DNA from: Chloroflexota bacterium
GTDB lineage: Bacteria > Chloroflexota > Dehalococcoidia > Lucifugimonadales > UBA3495
DNA: 49,484 bases
Assembly: GCA_022570905.1 (NCBI GenBank)
Contig: JACZYV010000002.1
Span: 1 to 49,484, forward strand
Direction: 5' to 3'
Below, one piece after another: positions 15,724-23,769 of the stretch. The translations under genes were made by a program, and so were the position numbers. The notes beneath the pieces are model-generated. The model saw nothing but the letters and a program-made list of their open reading frames with translations, was not told where the DNA came from and searched no databases. Numbering within the stretch: the stretch's first letter is position 1; every line of letters starts with the position of its first letter.

Positions 15724-16800
15724 TCACCCCTCCCGTATCAGCCGGGCCGCTTCGTCTCCCATCTCTGAAGTTGTTGCCGTGCCGCCCAGGTCGGCGGTCA
15801 GGATAGTGCGCTGCTCCAGGCAGCGGGCCACGGCTTTGTCCACCCTTTCTGAGGCTTCCTGTTCTCCCAGGTGGTCCAACATCATGGCCACCGCGGAGAC
15901 CGTCGCCAGGGGATTGGCGATGCCCTTGCCCATGATGTCGAAGGCCGCGCCGTGGACCGGCTCGAAAAGGGACGGATATATTTTCTCCGGGTTGATGTTG
16001 GCGCTGGGCGCCAGGCCCATGCTGCCGGTCACCACCGCCGCGATGTCCGAGAGGATGTCGGCGAACAGATTAGAGGCCACCACCACGTCGAATTCTTCGG
16101 GCCAGCGCACGAAGTCCATGCAGGCCCGGTCCACCAACAATGACTCGGTCTCTATCTGAGGAAAGTCGGCCGCCACGTCCACGAAGACCTCGTCCCAGAA
16201 GACCATGCCGAAGGCCTGGGCGTTGGACTTGGTCACCGAGGTGACCTTGTTGCCCTTGTTGCGGCTCACGCAGTACTCGAAGGCGGCGCGGATGATGCGC
16301 TCGGTGCCCCGGCGGGTGAATATATTGGTCTGGATCACCGTTTCATGGATTGTTCCGGGATAGAGCCGCCCGCCCACCGGAGCGTATTCGCCCTCGGTGT
16401 TCTCCCGGAAGATGACCATGTCGATGTCGCCGGCTTTCTTGCCGGATAGGGGCGACTGCACTCCGGGATGGAGGTAAGCGGGCCGGATGCACACTCCCTG
16501 GTCGAAACTACGCCGCATGGGCAGCAGCAGGCCGTGCAAGGTGATGTGGTCCGGAATATCAGGGTCTCCCACCGCGCCGAACAAGATGGTGTCGAAAGCT
16601 TTCAGGGTCTCGATGCCGTCGTCCGGCATGAGTTTCCCGGTCTCCCGGTAGAATGCGGACCCCCAGGGGAACTCGGTGAACTTAAAGCTCAGCCCTCCGG
16701 TCACGCCGGCCACGGCCTCGAGGGCCTTTCTGCCTTCCTCGATAACCTCCAAGCCCACCCCGTCGCCGGGAATAACCGCCACTTTGTATTCTGCCATCAC
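15724..16800 (-). CDS. D-malate/tartrate dehydrogenase (decarboxylating), isopropylmalate dehydrogenase family
   Basis: End-to-end resemblance to DmlA/TtuC as I remember them: YKVAVIPGDGVG, FRENTEGEY, VVASNLFADILSD, PSLFEPVHGAAFDI, GIANPLAT. Confidence 0.8.
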   Translation of the reverse strand: MMAEYKVAVIPGDGVGLEVIEEGRKALEAVAGVTGGLSFKFTEFPWGSAFYRETGKLMPDDGIETLKAFDTILFGAVGDPDIPDHITLHGLLLPMRRSFDQGVCIRPAYLHPGVQSPLSGKKAGDIDMVIFRENTEGEYAPVGGRLYPGTIHETVIQTNIFTRRGTERIIRAAFEYCVSRNKGNKVTSVTKSNAQAFGMVFWDEVFVDVAADFPQIETESLLVDRACMDFVRWPEEFDVVVASNLFADILSDIAAVVTGSMGLAPSANINPEKIYPSLFEPVHGAAFDIMGKGIANPLATVSAVAMMLDHLGEQEASERVDKAVARCLEQRTILTADLGGTATTSEMGDEAARLIREG

Positions 16801-16824
16801 GGTCCTTTTTTTATCTTTCGATGA

Positions 16825-17769
16825 TTAGACGTCCACCCGCTGCACACCGCCGCCCAACAGCCGGAAATGATAAATCTCGTGGGCGTCTGGAAAGGCCTCT
16901 TTGGCCTTGTGATAGGTCGATTTGCCCCGCCGTTCCCTGGCGTCCAAGAGCACGCCCATAATGGTGCCGCTGTGCCCAACGTTGATCCCCACCGCGCCAA
17001 CCGATTCCGCGAACTCCTTAACCTCGGCCAGCCGGGGCTTGGCGAGGACGTTCTGGCTGGCCTCGGCGCTGATGCTGGCGCCCTGGCCCACCAGCGCCGG
17101 GTCCTGGTTGGCTATTCCCTGCCGCAGCAGGCGCAGGGCCTCCGTGGTCTGTTCGTCAACGGCCTGCCAGCGCTGGAAGCGGTCGACCATGTTGAATTGC
17201 ACGGTGTCCACGGTGCCTCCCAGGTCCAGGGCCACGATCTCCATGGGAGGCGGCGGACCCAGGCTCTCGCGGATGCTGCCGGCACGGTGGTCGAAGAGGG
17301 CGACTCCAGGGATCATGATGCCGTCGGTGGGTTCGATGGACAGGGCGATCTGGGCGATCTGATCGGGCGTTAGCTCCTGGCCCAGAGCCAGGCCGGTGGC
17401 GGCGATGGCCGCGGCCAGATCGGCGCTGCTGCTGGCCATGCCCTTGCCCCGGGGAATGGGGTTGTTGATGGTCAGCCGGGCGAGGACCTTGCTGTTTTTC
17501 AGATGCGAAAGCGTGCGGCGAACGGCGGCGGCGGCTTTATCACAATCCTCGGGCGCTTCAACGCCGGGGCCGCCGGAATAGATATCGACTTTGACCCTGG
17601 AGTAGAAGTCCACCGGGCAGGTGACCAGGAAGTGGACCCCGTCCATCACGCCCTGGGCCAGTTCACCACAGACGCCGGGCGCACGGACCGTGGCGCTGCC
17701 CAGCAGCACGCCTGCGTCTCCTTCTTCTTCTTCTGAATCTTCTGAGAAATCGCCGTTTGGTGAGGCCAA
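16825..17769 (-). CDS. pduX: GHMP-family L-threonine kinase (PduX-like, cobalamin biosynthesis)
   Basis: CGELAQG, TCPVDFYS, PRGKGMASSSADLAAA, SIEPTDG, LFDH, PPPP and NVGHSGTIMGVLLD match the PduX pattern. An acidic N-terminal tail is also present. Confidence 0.75.
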   Translation of the reverse strand: MASPNGDFSEDSEEEEGDAGVLLGSATVRAPGVCGELAQGVMDGVHFLVTCPVDFYSRVKVDIYSGGPGVEAPEDCDKAAAAVRRTLSHLKNSKVLARLTINNPIPRGKGMASSSADLAAAIAATGLALGQELTPDQIAQIALSIEPTDGIMIPGVALFDHRAGSIRESLGPPPPMEIVALDLGGTVDTVQFNMVDRFQRWQAVDEQTTEALRLLRQGIANQDPALVGQGASISAEASQNVLAKPRLAEVKEFAESVGAVGINVGHSGTIMGVLLDARERRGKSTYHKAKEAFPDAHEIYHFRLLGGGVQRVDV

Positions 17770-17794
17770 GGGGTCCTACTTCACGCGTGTTGGT

Positions 17795-18364
17795 TTAATC
17801 TGAAGGTTTGATCTTCGTTGGTATTCCCGCGACCACCAGGTACACCTCGGTGGCGGCGGCGGATATCCGCTGGTTAACCATCCCCAGGAGGTCTTGAAAG
17901 CGGCGGCCCAAGGGCTCGGGAGGCACCAGGCTCAGTCCCACTTCGGCGCTAACCATGACGAACGATTGTGAGGAAATGGCCACCAGAGCCAGAAGTTTTT
18001 CCGTCGCTTGCATCACGATTTCTTCTGTCGCCTGATTGGTTTCTTTTTCGTGGTCCACCAGCAGGTTGGCCACCCAAACATCCACTGAGTCGATGATCAC
18101 CGCGCCTGGGCTTTCGGCCCCCTTGAGCAACGGAGTCAATCTCTCCGCCAGTTTCGTGGGCTCCTCCAGAGTTGACCAATGCCGCGGCCTGGATTCTTGG
18201 TGCCGCCGAATACGCTCTTTCATGTCGTCATCGACCGCCAGTCCCGTGGCGACATACAGCGCGGTGTGGCCGGATAGCTGACTTAGCGACCCGACCCTGC
18301 TTTCGGCGAAGGCGCTCTTTCCGGACCTTACTCCCCCCAGCACCAAACAAAGCTGGGAGGCCAT
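17795..18364 (-). CDS. cobU: Adenosylcobinamide kinase / adenosylcobinamide-phosphate guanylyltransferase
   Basis: P-loop LVLGGVRSGKSAFAE, ~190 aa. The start overlaps the cobQ stop (TAATG). Confidence 0.85.
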   Translation of the reverse strand: MASQLCLVLGGVRSGKSAFAESRVGSLSQLSGHTALYVATGLAVDDDMKERIRRHQESRPRHWSTLEEPTKLAERLTPLLKGAESPGAVIIDSVDVWVANLLVDHEKETNQATEEIVMQATEKLLALVAISSQSFVMVSAEVGLSLVPPEPLGRRFQDLLGMVNQRISAAATEVYLVVAGIPTKIKPSD

Positions 18365-19911
18365 TAATCCCCGGCCGCATCGTAGTCGCGGCTAAGCCCG
18401 GATACCCGGTAAACCAGGTCCATATCGATGCTGGAGCGGACCCAGTCGGCCAGTTTGTCGTATTCCCGGTCCTGGTCCATCTCAGCGGTTACCTCCGGCA
18501 GCGTTACGCCCTTGCGGCGGGCCAATTCCCGGAGCATGGCGCCACGAAGCTCGCCGTTGTGGAAGAGGCCGTGGATATAGGTGCCCATCACGCTGCCGGA
18601 CGCGTCCATGGCCCCCTCAAGATCGCCGTTACCAGTCACCGGCGCATCGGCGCGGTCCTCGATGCAAAATGGGGAAGTGAATCTTTCCCCCACGGTCCTT
18701 CCCATGTGTATCTCGTACCCTTTGACCGGCATTCCGGAAGCGCCCGCCAACAGGCCGGTGGCCGCAATAACCCGCCCGGTGATGCGGTGCGTCTCTTTGC
18801 TCCCCTCAAACACGGTGGTTAGATCGAGCAGCCCCAGGCCATCCAGTTCTGAGATAGACGACTCGATGTGATCGGGGTCGCTGACCTTGGTTCCCAGCAT
18901 CTGATAGCCGCCGCAGATCCCCAGCACCGCCGCGCCGCCGCCGTGCAGGTCCTTGACGGCCTGGCTCAAGCCCCGTTCGTTCATCCAGGCCAGGTCGGGG
19001 ATGGTGGTCTTGGTGCCGGGGATGATCACCAGGTCGGGACGGCCCAACTGGGTGGGCGAGTCCACGTACCGCAGGTTTACGCCTGGGTGGCGCGCCAGGG
19101 GATCGAAGTCGTCGAAGTTGGAGATATGCGGCAGCTGGAGCACCGCCACGTCCAATACCGACTGGGGCGCGGCCTCCACGGCATCTTCCAGGGCTACTGA
19201 GTCCTCTTCAGGTATGTGTATGTCTCGATAGTAATGGATCAGCCCCGCCACCGGGATGCCGGTGCGCTCCTCCAGCCAGGTGATGCCGTCGGTGAGCAGG
19301 CTCGGGTCGCCCCGGAATTTGTTGATGATGAACGCTTTGACGATCTCCCTTTCCTCGGGCTCCAGAAGCTCCAGCGTGCCCACCAACGCAGCGAACACCC
19401 CGCCGCGGTCGATGTCGCCACAGAGTAAAACAGGGGCATTGGCGTAGAGCGCTACCCGCATGTTCACGATCTCATTGGCCTTTAGGTTGATCTCCGCGGG
19501 GCTGCCGGCGCCCTCGACGACGACGATATCAAAGTCCTCGCGTAGACTGTCCAAAGAGGTGCGCACGGCCTCCCAGAGTTGGGGCTTGAGGGCGAAGTAA
19601 TCTTTGGCCTTGGCCGACAACAAAGGACGGCCCATCACGATCACCTGGGAGATGTGGTCGGCCTCGGGTTTCAGCAGCACCGGGTTCATCTCGACCCGGG
19701 CCTCGACTCCGGCGGCGTCGGCCTGGACCGCCTGGGCCCGTCCGATCTCACCGCCGTCGGCAGTCACATAGGAGTTGTTGGACATGTTCTGGGCCTTGAA
19801 AGGCGCGACACGAAACCCGTCCTGGCGGAATATGCGGCAGAAAGCCGATACCAGCACGCTCTTCCCCACGTGGGAGGCAGTGCCCTGGACCATCAATACC
19901 TGTCCGGCCAT
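18364..19911 (-). CDS. cobQ: Cobyric acid synthase
   Basis: N-terminal MVQGTASHVGKSVLVSAFCRIF, a C-terminal glutamine amidotransferase domain (GICGGYQMLG, IHG), 515 aa. Confidence 0.9.
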   Translation of the reverse strand: MAGQVLMVQGTASHVGKSVLVSAFCRIFRQDGFRVAPFKAQNMSNNSYVTADGGEIGRAQAVQADAAGVEARVEMNPVLLKPEADHISQVIVMGRPLLSAKAKDYFALKPQLWEAVRTSLDSLREDFDIVVVEGAGSPAEINLKANEIVNMRVALYANAPVLLCGDIDRGGVFAALVGTLELLEPEEREIVKAFIINKFRGDPSLLTDGITWLEERTGIPVAGLIHYYRDIHIPEEDSVALEDAVEAAPQSVLDVAVLQLPHISNFDDFDPLARHPGVNLRYVDSPTQLGRPDLVIIPGTKTTIPDLAWMNERGLSQAVKDLHGGGAAVLGICGGYQMLGTKVSDPDHIESSISELDGLGLLDLTTVFEGSKETHRITGRVIAATGLLAGASGMPVKGYEIHMGRTVGERFTSPFCIEDRADAPVTGNGDLEGAMDASGSVMGTYIHGLFHNGELRGAMLRELARRKGVTLPEVTAEMDQDREYDKLADWVRSSIDMDLVYRVSGLSRDYDAAGD

Positions 19912-19960
19912 TTAGATAAACTACCTTATTTGTTCAAACGTCTCACGGCCAAGCGGTCCG

Positions 19961-20593
19961 TTAACCCAGCATCCCGTGATTCACCGTGCCGTTTATGTGG
20001 GAAGTGTCGTTGAACAGACGCAGCACCGCGTTGTCCTCGTAAGTGTCGACCATCGTTAGACCGCAGTTGCCGAACACGAACGACCAGTTCCCCTCCAGGG
20101 GCATTCCCAGCAACGAAACCATGGCCGCCCGGAGAACGCCGCCATGGCTGACCACCAGCACGGTCTCGTTCAAATGATTGGACCTGATCTCATTGAATAT
20201 CTCCGTCATGCGTGCGCTGACGTCCCGGGTGGTCTCCCCGCCCTTGGGAGCGTAGCTAAGGTTTTTCTCCAGGTACCTGGGGTACTCTTCCGGAAACTGA
20301 GCCTTGATCTCGGCCAGCGTCAGTCCCTCGAATACTCCTTTGTGGTACTCCCGGAGCTTGGGGGTCTCATTCAGGACGATATCCCGCCCGCCCAATGCGA
20401 TCCTGGCGGTCTCAGAGCTGCGTTTCAGGTCGCTGGTGTAGGCAACGTCGATGGCTAGACCGGCCAGCCGTTTCCCAAGCGAACGCGCCTGCTCCGCGCC
20501 TTTCTCCGAGAGCCCTATATCGGTATGACCTTGGATCCGTCCTTGAGCGTTCCAGTCTGTTTCGCCATGACGGACGATTAAAAGCATGCCCAT
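19961..20593 (-). CDS. cobC: Histidine phosphatase family protein, probable alpha-ribazole phosphatase
   Basis: RHGETDWN catalytic motif. It leads the cob gene string. ATG 20593 is preferred, because the longer track ORF runs into AT-rich intergenic sequence. Confidence 0.7.
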   Translation of the reverse strand: MGMLLIVRHGETDWNAQGRIQGHTDIGLSEKGAEQARSLGKRLAGLAIDVAYTSDLKRSSETARIALGGRDIVLNETPKLREYHKGVFEGLTLAEIKAQFPEEYPRYLEKNLSYAPKGGETTRDVSARMTEIFNEIRSNHLNETVLVVSHGGVLRAAMVSLLGMPLEGNWSFVFGNCGLTMVDTYEDNAVLRLFNDTSHINGTVNHGMLG

Positions 20594-20737
20594 TCTGGTG
20601 GATATTCTAAACACGATGCACTTGAAAGTACACCGATTACTGTTTTTAATGGTGTCAGGATGTTTGGCATACCATATATAGATGAGGCTACGCAGTCTCA
20701 TTACTTGCCATAATTTAAGAAACTGGCATACTATATG

Positions 20738-20766
20738 TTGACATGCTCTAATATCCGGGATAGAAT
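20738..20766 (+). promoter_or_regulatory. Near-consensus sigma70 promoter (TTGACA-17 nt-TAGAAT)
   Basis: Read directly: ttgaca tgctctaatatccggga tagaat. It lies ~30 nt upstream of the GGGAGG/ATG of the small ORF at 20798. Confidence 0.6.
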
Positions 20767-20797
20767 ATCTCGACCCTAAAGATGGGAGGTGTGTCTA

Positions 20798-20938
20798 ATG
20801 GAAGCCTATTGTGTGAAGTGCAGGAGCAAGCGCGAGATCAAGAACCCTCAGAAGATCACCATGAAGAATGGGAAGCCCGCTACTTCGGGGACGTGCCCGA
20901 CATGCAGCACTAAGGTATTTCGCATCGGGGCCGCTTAA
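20798..20938 (+). CDS. Small zinc-ribbon protein (46 aa, DUF5679-like), absent from the ORF track
   Basis: Sequence MEAYCVKCRSKREIKNPQKITMKNGKPATSGTCPTCSTKVFRIGAA, with two CxxC pairs. GGGAGG lies 8 nt upstream. A promoter precedes it and a terminator follows. Confidence 0.75.
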   Translation: MEAYCVKCRSKREIKNPQKITMKNGKPATSGTCPTCSTKVFRIGAA

Positions 20939-20960
20939 CAGCGGCCCTCGGCTTTTCTTC
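20928..20960 (+). terminator. Intrinsic terminator after the small zinc-ribbon gene
   Basis: GGGCCGC ttaaca GCGGCCC followed by tcggCTTTTCTTCTT. Confidence 0.6.
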
Positions 20961-21173
20961 TTCGCTGATCGAGGGCTCAGTACCGGCGGTCCGGTTTTTG
21001 GACCTGGCCGTTAGTCCTCGCCTAACCATCAGGACCTGGCCTGTTGCAGCCACCCTACGTGGTGTGTAGGGAAGTGTGTGTTGGGTGGCTGTCAGCAGTG
21101 ATGTCAGATCGGTTTGGTAATTATCTGCCTAAACCTGGTTTAGGGTCCCTTAACCTCGGGACAAATCTTCGAG

Positions 21174-21214
21174 GCGCTGGGTTGCGGGTCATCCGCGACA
21201 ACAGTGCGTTTTTT
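21174..21214 (+). terminator. Terminator-like stem-loop plus U-tract with no upstream ORF
   Basis: GCGCT gg GTTGCGG gtcat CCGCGAC aac AGTGC g TTTTTT. Confidence 0.4.
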
Positions 21215-21267
21215 AATCAGGCTTAAACCCTGCGCCAACCGGCGCGGGTGCGGCAAACAATCGCATT

Positions 21268-21304
21268 GTGGCCGGAGGACCCTCCCCTTCGGCCACGTTT
21301 TTTT
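21268..21304 (+). terminator. Terminator-like stem-loop plus T7 tract with no upstream ORF
   Basis: GTGGCCG, a 15-nt loop, CGGCCAC, g, TTTTTTT. Confidence 0.5.
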
Positions 21305-21482
21305 GATTTCCCCTCAGCTTTTCCTTACTATCAAGTTTCCCTTCTTCCCTTCCCTCTAAGCCTTTCGTCCTGCCTAATTTGTCATCCTCTGTGCTATCAT
21401 GGCGGCTCACGTCGAACATCACAATTTTGAGCGCGTTTTATCCTATGCCACGTATGGGCATCAAGACGAACAAGAGGTAATC

Positions 21483-21782
21483 ATGACACAGCAATCAAGC
21501 TGGCAAGACCTGCTGGAGAACAATACTCCGGACTTGATGAAAGCAGTGGGCGGCGCCAGGGAATCGGTCATGGCTGATGGAGCCCTTTCAAACAAGACAA
21601 AGACCCTGATGACCATGCTCTGCGACGCTTTATTGGGCCACGATGGCGGCGTGACCACCATCGCCAACCGGGCGCGGGCCGCGGGCGCCACCGAAGAAGA
21701 GATCGCCGAGACAGTGGGCGTGGCATTTCTCATGGGCGGGCTGCCGGCCCTGGTCACCGCCGCCAACGCCTTCAAACGTTAG
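21483..21782 (+). CDS. Carboxymuconolactone decarboxylase (AhpD-like) family protein
   Basis: ~99 aa reading ...ALSNKTKTLMTMLCDALLGHDGGV...EEEIAETVGVAFLMGG, typical of the CMD family. AAGAGG precedes ATG 21483. Confidence 0.65.
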   Translation: MTQQSSWQDLLENNTPDLMKAVGGARESVMADGALSNKTKTLMTMLCDALLGHDGGVTTIANRARAAGATEEEIAETVGVAFLMGGLPALVTAANAFKR

Positions 21783-21857
21783 TCATGTTCAGATAACACT
21801 TCTCAGGCTACACCGTGTCTCCAGCATGATTCACTCAAAGATTCTGAGGTGCATGCA

Positions 21858-22772
21858 ATGGCGCAGACCGAACCCATCGTGTTCTTCAACGGCGAACTGA
21901 AGCCCGAGTCTCAGGTGGGCATATCCATCCGAGACCGGGGCTACCTCTATGGCGATGCGGTCTTCGACGCCGCCCGCACGTTCAATGGAACACCTTTCCG
22001 GCTCCCGGAACATGTGCACCGTCTGTACGACTCGCTGCGCTACCTGCGCATCGACCCGGGCATGGAACCTGCGGAGATGGAGGACTGGTCCCGGCAGGTG
22101 GTGGAGCACAACTACCGGCTGCTCCCGCCCGGCCAGGACATGTGGGTCATGCAGCGCATCAGCCGGGGCATCGAGCCCATCCTGCCCGGCGACGAGATGC
22201 GGCCCACTGTGTTGATCGAGACCCACCCCATCCCCTTCGCCCGGCGGGCCCCCTTATACCGGGACGGAGCGGCCATCTTCACACCATCCGTGCCGCGGAT
22301 CCCACCGCGGTTCATCAGCCCGCGCGCCAAGACGCACAACTATCTGAACCTGATCCTGGGTGACCTGGAAGCCCAGGCCAGCGACCCGGACGCCTGGGCC
22401 GTGCTGCTGGACGAGGCCGGCAATCTCACCGAGGGACGGGGCTCCAACATTTTCTTGGTGAAGGACGGGACCGTCGCCACTCCCAAGGGGCAGTTCGTTT
22501 TGGAGGGCATCACCAGGGGCGTCGCCATGAACTTGGCCAGCGGCCTGGGCATGCCTGTAGAGGAAAAGGACCTGGACCTGTATGACGCCTACACCGCCGA
22601 CGAAGCCTTCTTGACTTCGACCAGCCTGTGCATCTGCCCCATATCTTCGGTGAACGGCACTCCCGTTGCCGGTGGCAAGACCCCCGGCGTGATCACCCGC
22701 AGGCTGATGGACGCCTTCAGCGACCTGGCCGGCATGGACTTTGAAGAGCAGTACCTAGCCCACCTGGAGTGA
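21858..22772 (+). CDS. Class IV aminotransferase (branched-chain/D-amino-acid aminotransferase family)
   Basis: The N-terminal FFNGELKP...ISIRDRGYLYGDAVFDAARTFNG..FRL.EHV.RLYDS pattern is typical of fold-type IV PLP enzymes. GAGG lies 8 nt upstream of ATG 21858. Confidence 0.8.
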   Translation: MAQTEPIVFFNGELKPESQVGISIRDRGYLYGDAVFDAARTFNGTPFRLPEHVHRLYDSLRYLRIDPGMEPAEMEDWSRQVVEHNYRLLPPGQDMWVMQRISRGIEPILPGDEMRPTVLIETHPIPFARRAPLYRDGAAIFTPSVPRIPPRFISPRAKTHNYLNLILGDLEAQASDPDAWAVLLDEAGNLTEGRGSNIFLVKDGTVATPKGQFVLEGITRGVAMNLASGLGMPVEEKDLDLYDAYTADEAFLTSTSLCICPISSVNGTPVAGGKTPGVITRRLMDAFSDLAGMDFEEQYLAHLE

Positions 22773-22819
22773 ACTCTTAAATCGGCGCTCGTATCACGCG
22801 TGTACACGGAGAGACCATA

Positions 22820-23719
22820 ATGTCTGACCAGATTGCCAACATCACCGATTCTCCGGCAGAGAAACTGGCCGGCGGTTTTGGGTTCACCGAAGGCCCCCTG
22901 TGGCATCCCGACGGCTACTGGTTGTTCGTTGACATCCGGAAGCTGATGATCCACAAGATGTCCACCAACGGCCAGGTTGAGGTATTCCGGGAGCCCAGCT
23001 TCGGGACCAACGGCATGACTTTCGACCGGCAGGGCAACTTGGTGATCTGCGAGAGCGACAATCGCCAGATCATGCGCCGCCGGTTGGACGGTTCCTATAC
23101 GCCCATCGCTACCCATGTGGACGGCAAACGGCTCAACCGTCCCAACGACGTGGTGGGCCGCTCCGACGGGACCATTTATTTCACCGATCCGGGCGGACGC
23201 CTCTCAGATGAAGAGCGGGAGCTGGACTTCAGCGGGGTGCACCGCATCGCACCTGACGGCACGAACTCAGTGGGCACGACCGAGACCGAATATCCCAACG
23301 GCCTGGCCTTCTCTCCCGACGAACGCATCTTATACGTGGCCATCACCCGCCGTGACAGCCGCTGCCTGGAGGAGAAAGAGAAGAAGCAGGTGTGCGAACA
23401 CCAACTGATCCGGGCCTTTGACGTGGCCGCCGACGGCAGCCTGAGCAACAACCGGGTCTTCGCCACCATGTATTCGGCCGAGGACGGCGTTCCCGACGGC
23501 ATGAAGGTTGACCTGGAAGGCCGCGTCTACTGTACCGGCCCCGAGGGCTGCTGGGTGTTCGACGCCTCGGGCAACCACCTGGGCATCATCCGGCTTCCGG
23601 AGATCCCCGCCAACTGCGCCTGGGGCGGACCGGACAACCGCACCATGCTGTTCACCGCCCGCACCTCGGTCTTCAGCATGCGCATGAAGACCCCAGGCAC
23701 GCCCATTCCCAGAGACTAA
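22820..23719 (+). CDS. SMP-30/gluconolactonase/LRE family protein
   Basis: GFTEGPLWHPDG, NGMTFD..GNL, RPNDVV..SDGTIYFTDP, PNGLAFSPDE, PDGMKVD..G. Confidence 0.85.
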   Translation: MSDQIANITDSPAEKLAGGFGFTEGPLWHPDGYWLFVDIRKLMIHKMSTNGQVEVFREPSFGTNGMTFDRQGNLVICESDNRQIMRRRLDGSYTPIATHVDGKRLNRPNDVVGRSDGTIYFTDPGGRLSDEERELDFSGVHRIAPDGTNSVGTTETEYPNGLAFSPDERILYVAITRRDSRCLEEKEKKQVCEHQLIRAFDVAADGSLSNNRVFATMYSAEDGVPDGMKVDLEGRVYCTGPEGCWVFDASGNHLGIIRLPEIPANCAWGGPDNRTMLFTARTSVFSMRMKTPGTPIPRD

Positions 23720-23769
23720 TACCCATCAAAGACTGAATCCCGCTGAGGGTTGAGACTAAAAGAAACGCC

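Noticed and set aside
19961-20701. Longer 246-aa version of the cobC-like ORF.
   Set aside because: The extra 36 N-terminal codons are AT-rich and Ile/Lys/Asn/Phe-rich, unlike the rest of the genome. The conserved histidine-phosphatase N-terminus (LLIVRHGETDWN) begins right after ATG 20593.
20594-20800. Cobalamin riboswitch upstream of the cobC-cobQ-cobU string.
   Set aside because: The interval is AT-rich and short. I could not find a B12-box-like GC-rich core on the minus strand. An Infernal scan is needed to be certain.
21044-21430. Three ~60-70-aa ORFs in the structured intergenic region.
   Set aside because: They have no ribosome-binding sites, overlap each other on both strands, are low-complexity (Pro/Leu/Ser-rich) and span the hairpin and terminator structures. 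The region is more plausibly non-coding RNA.
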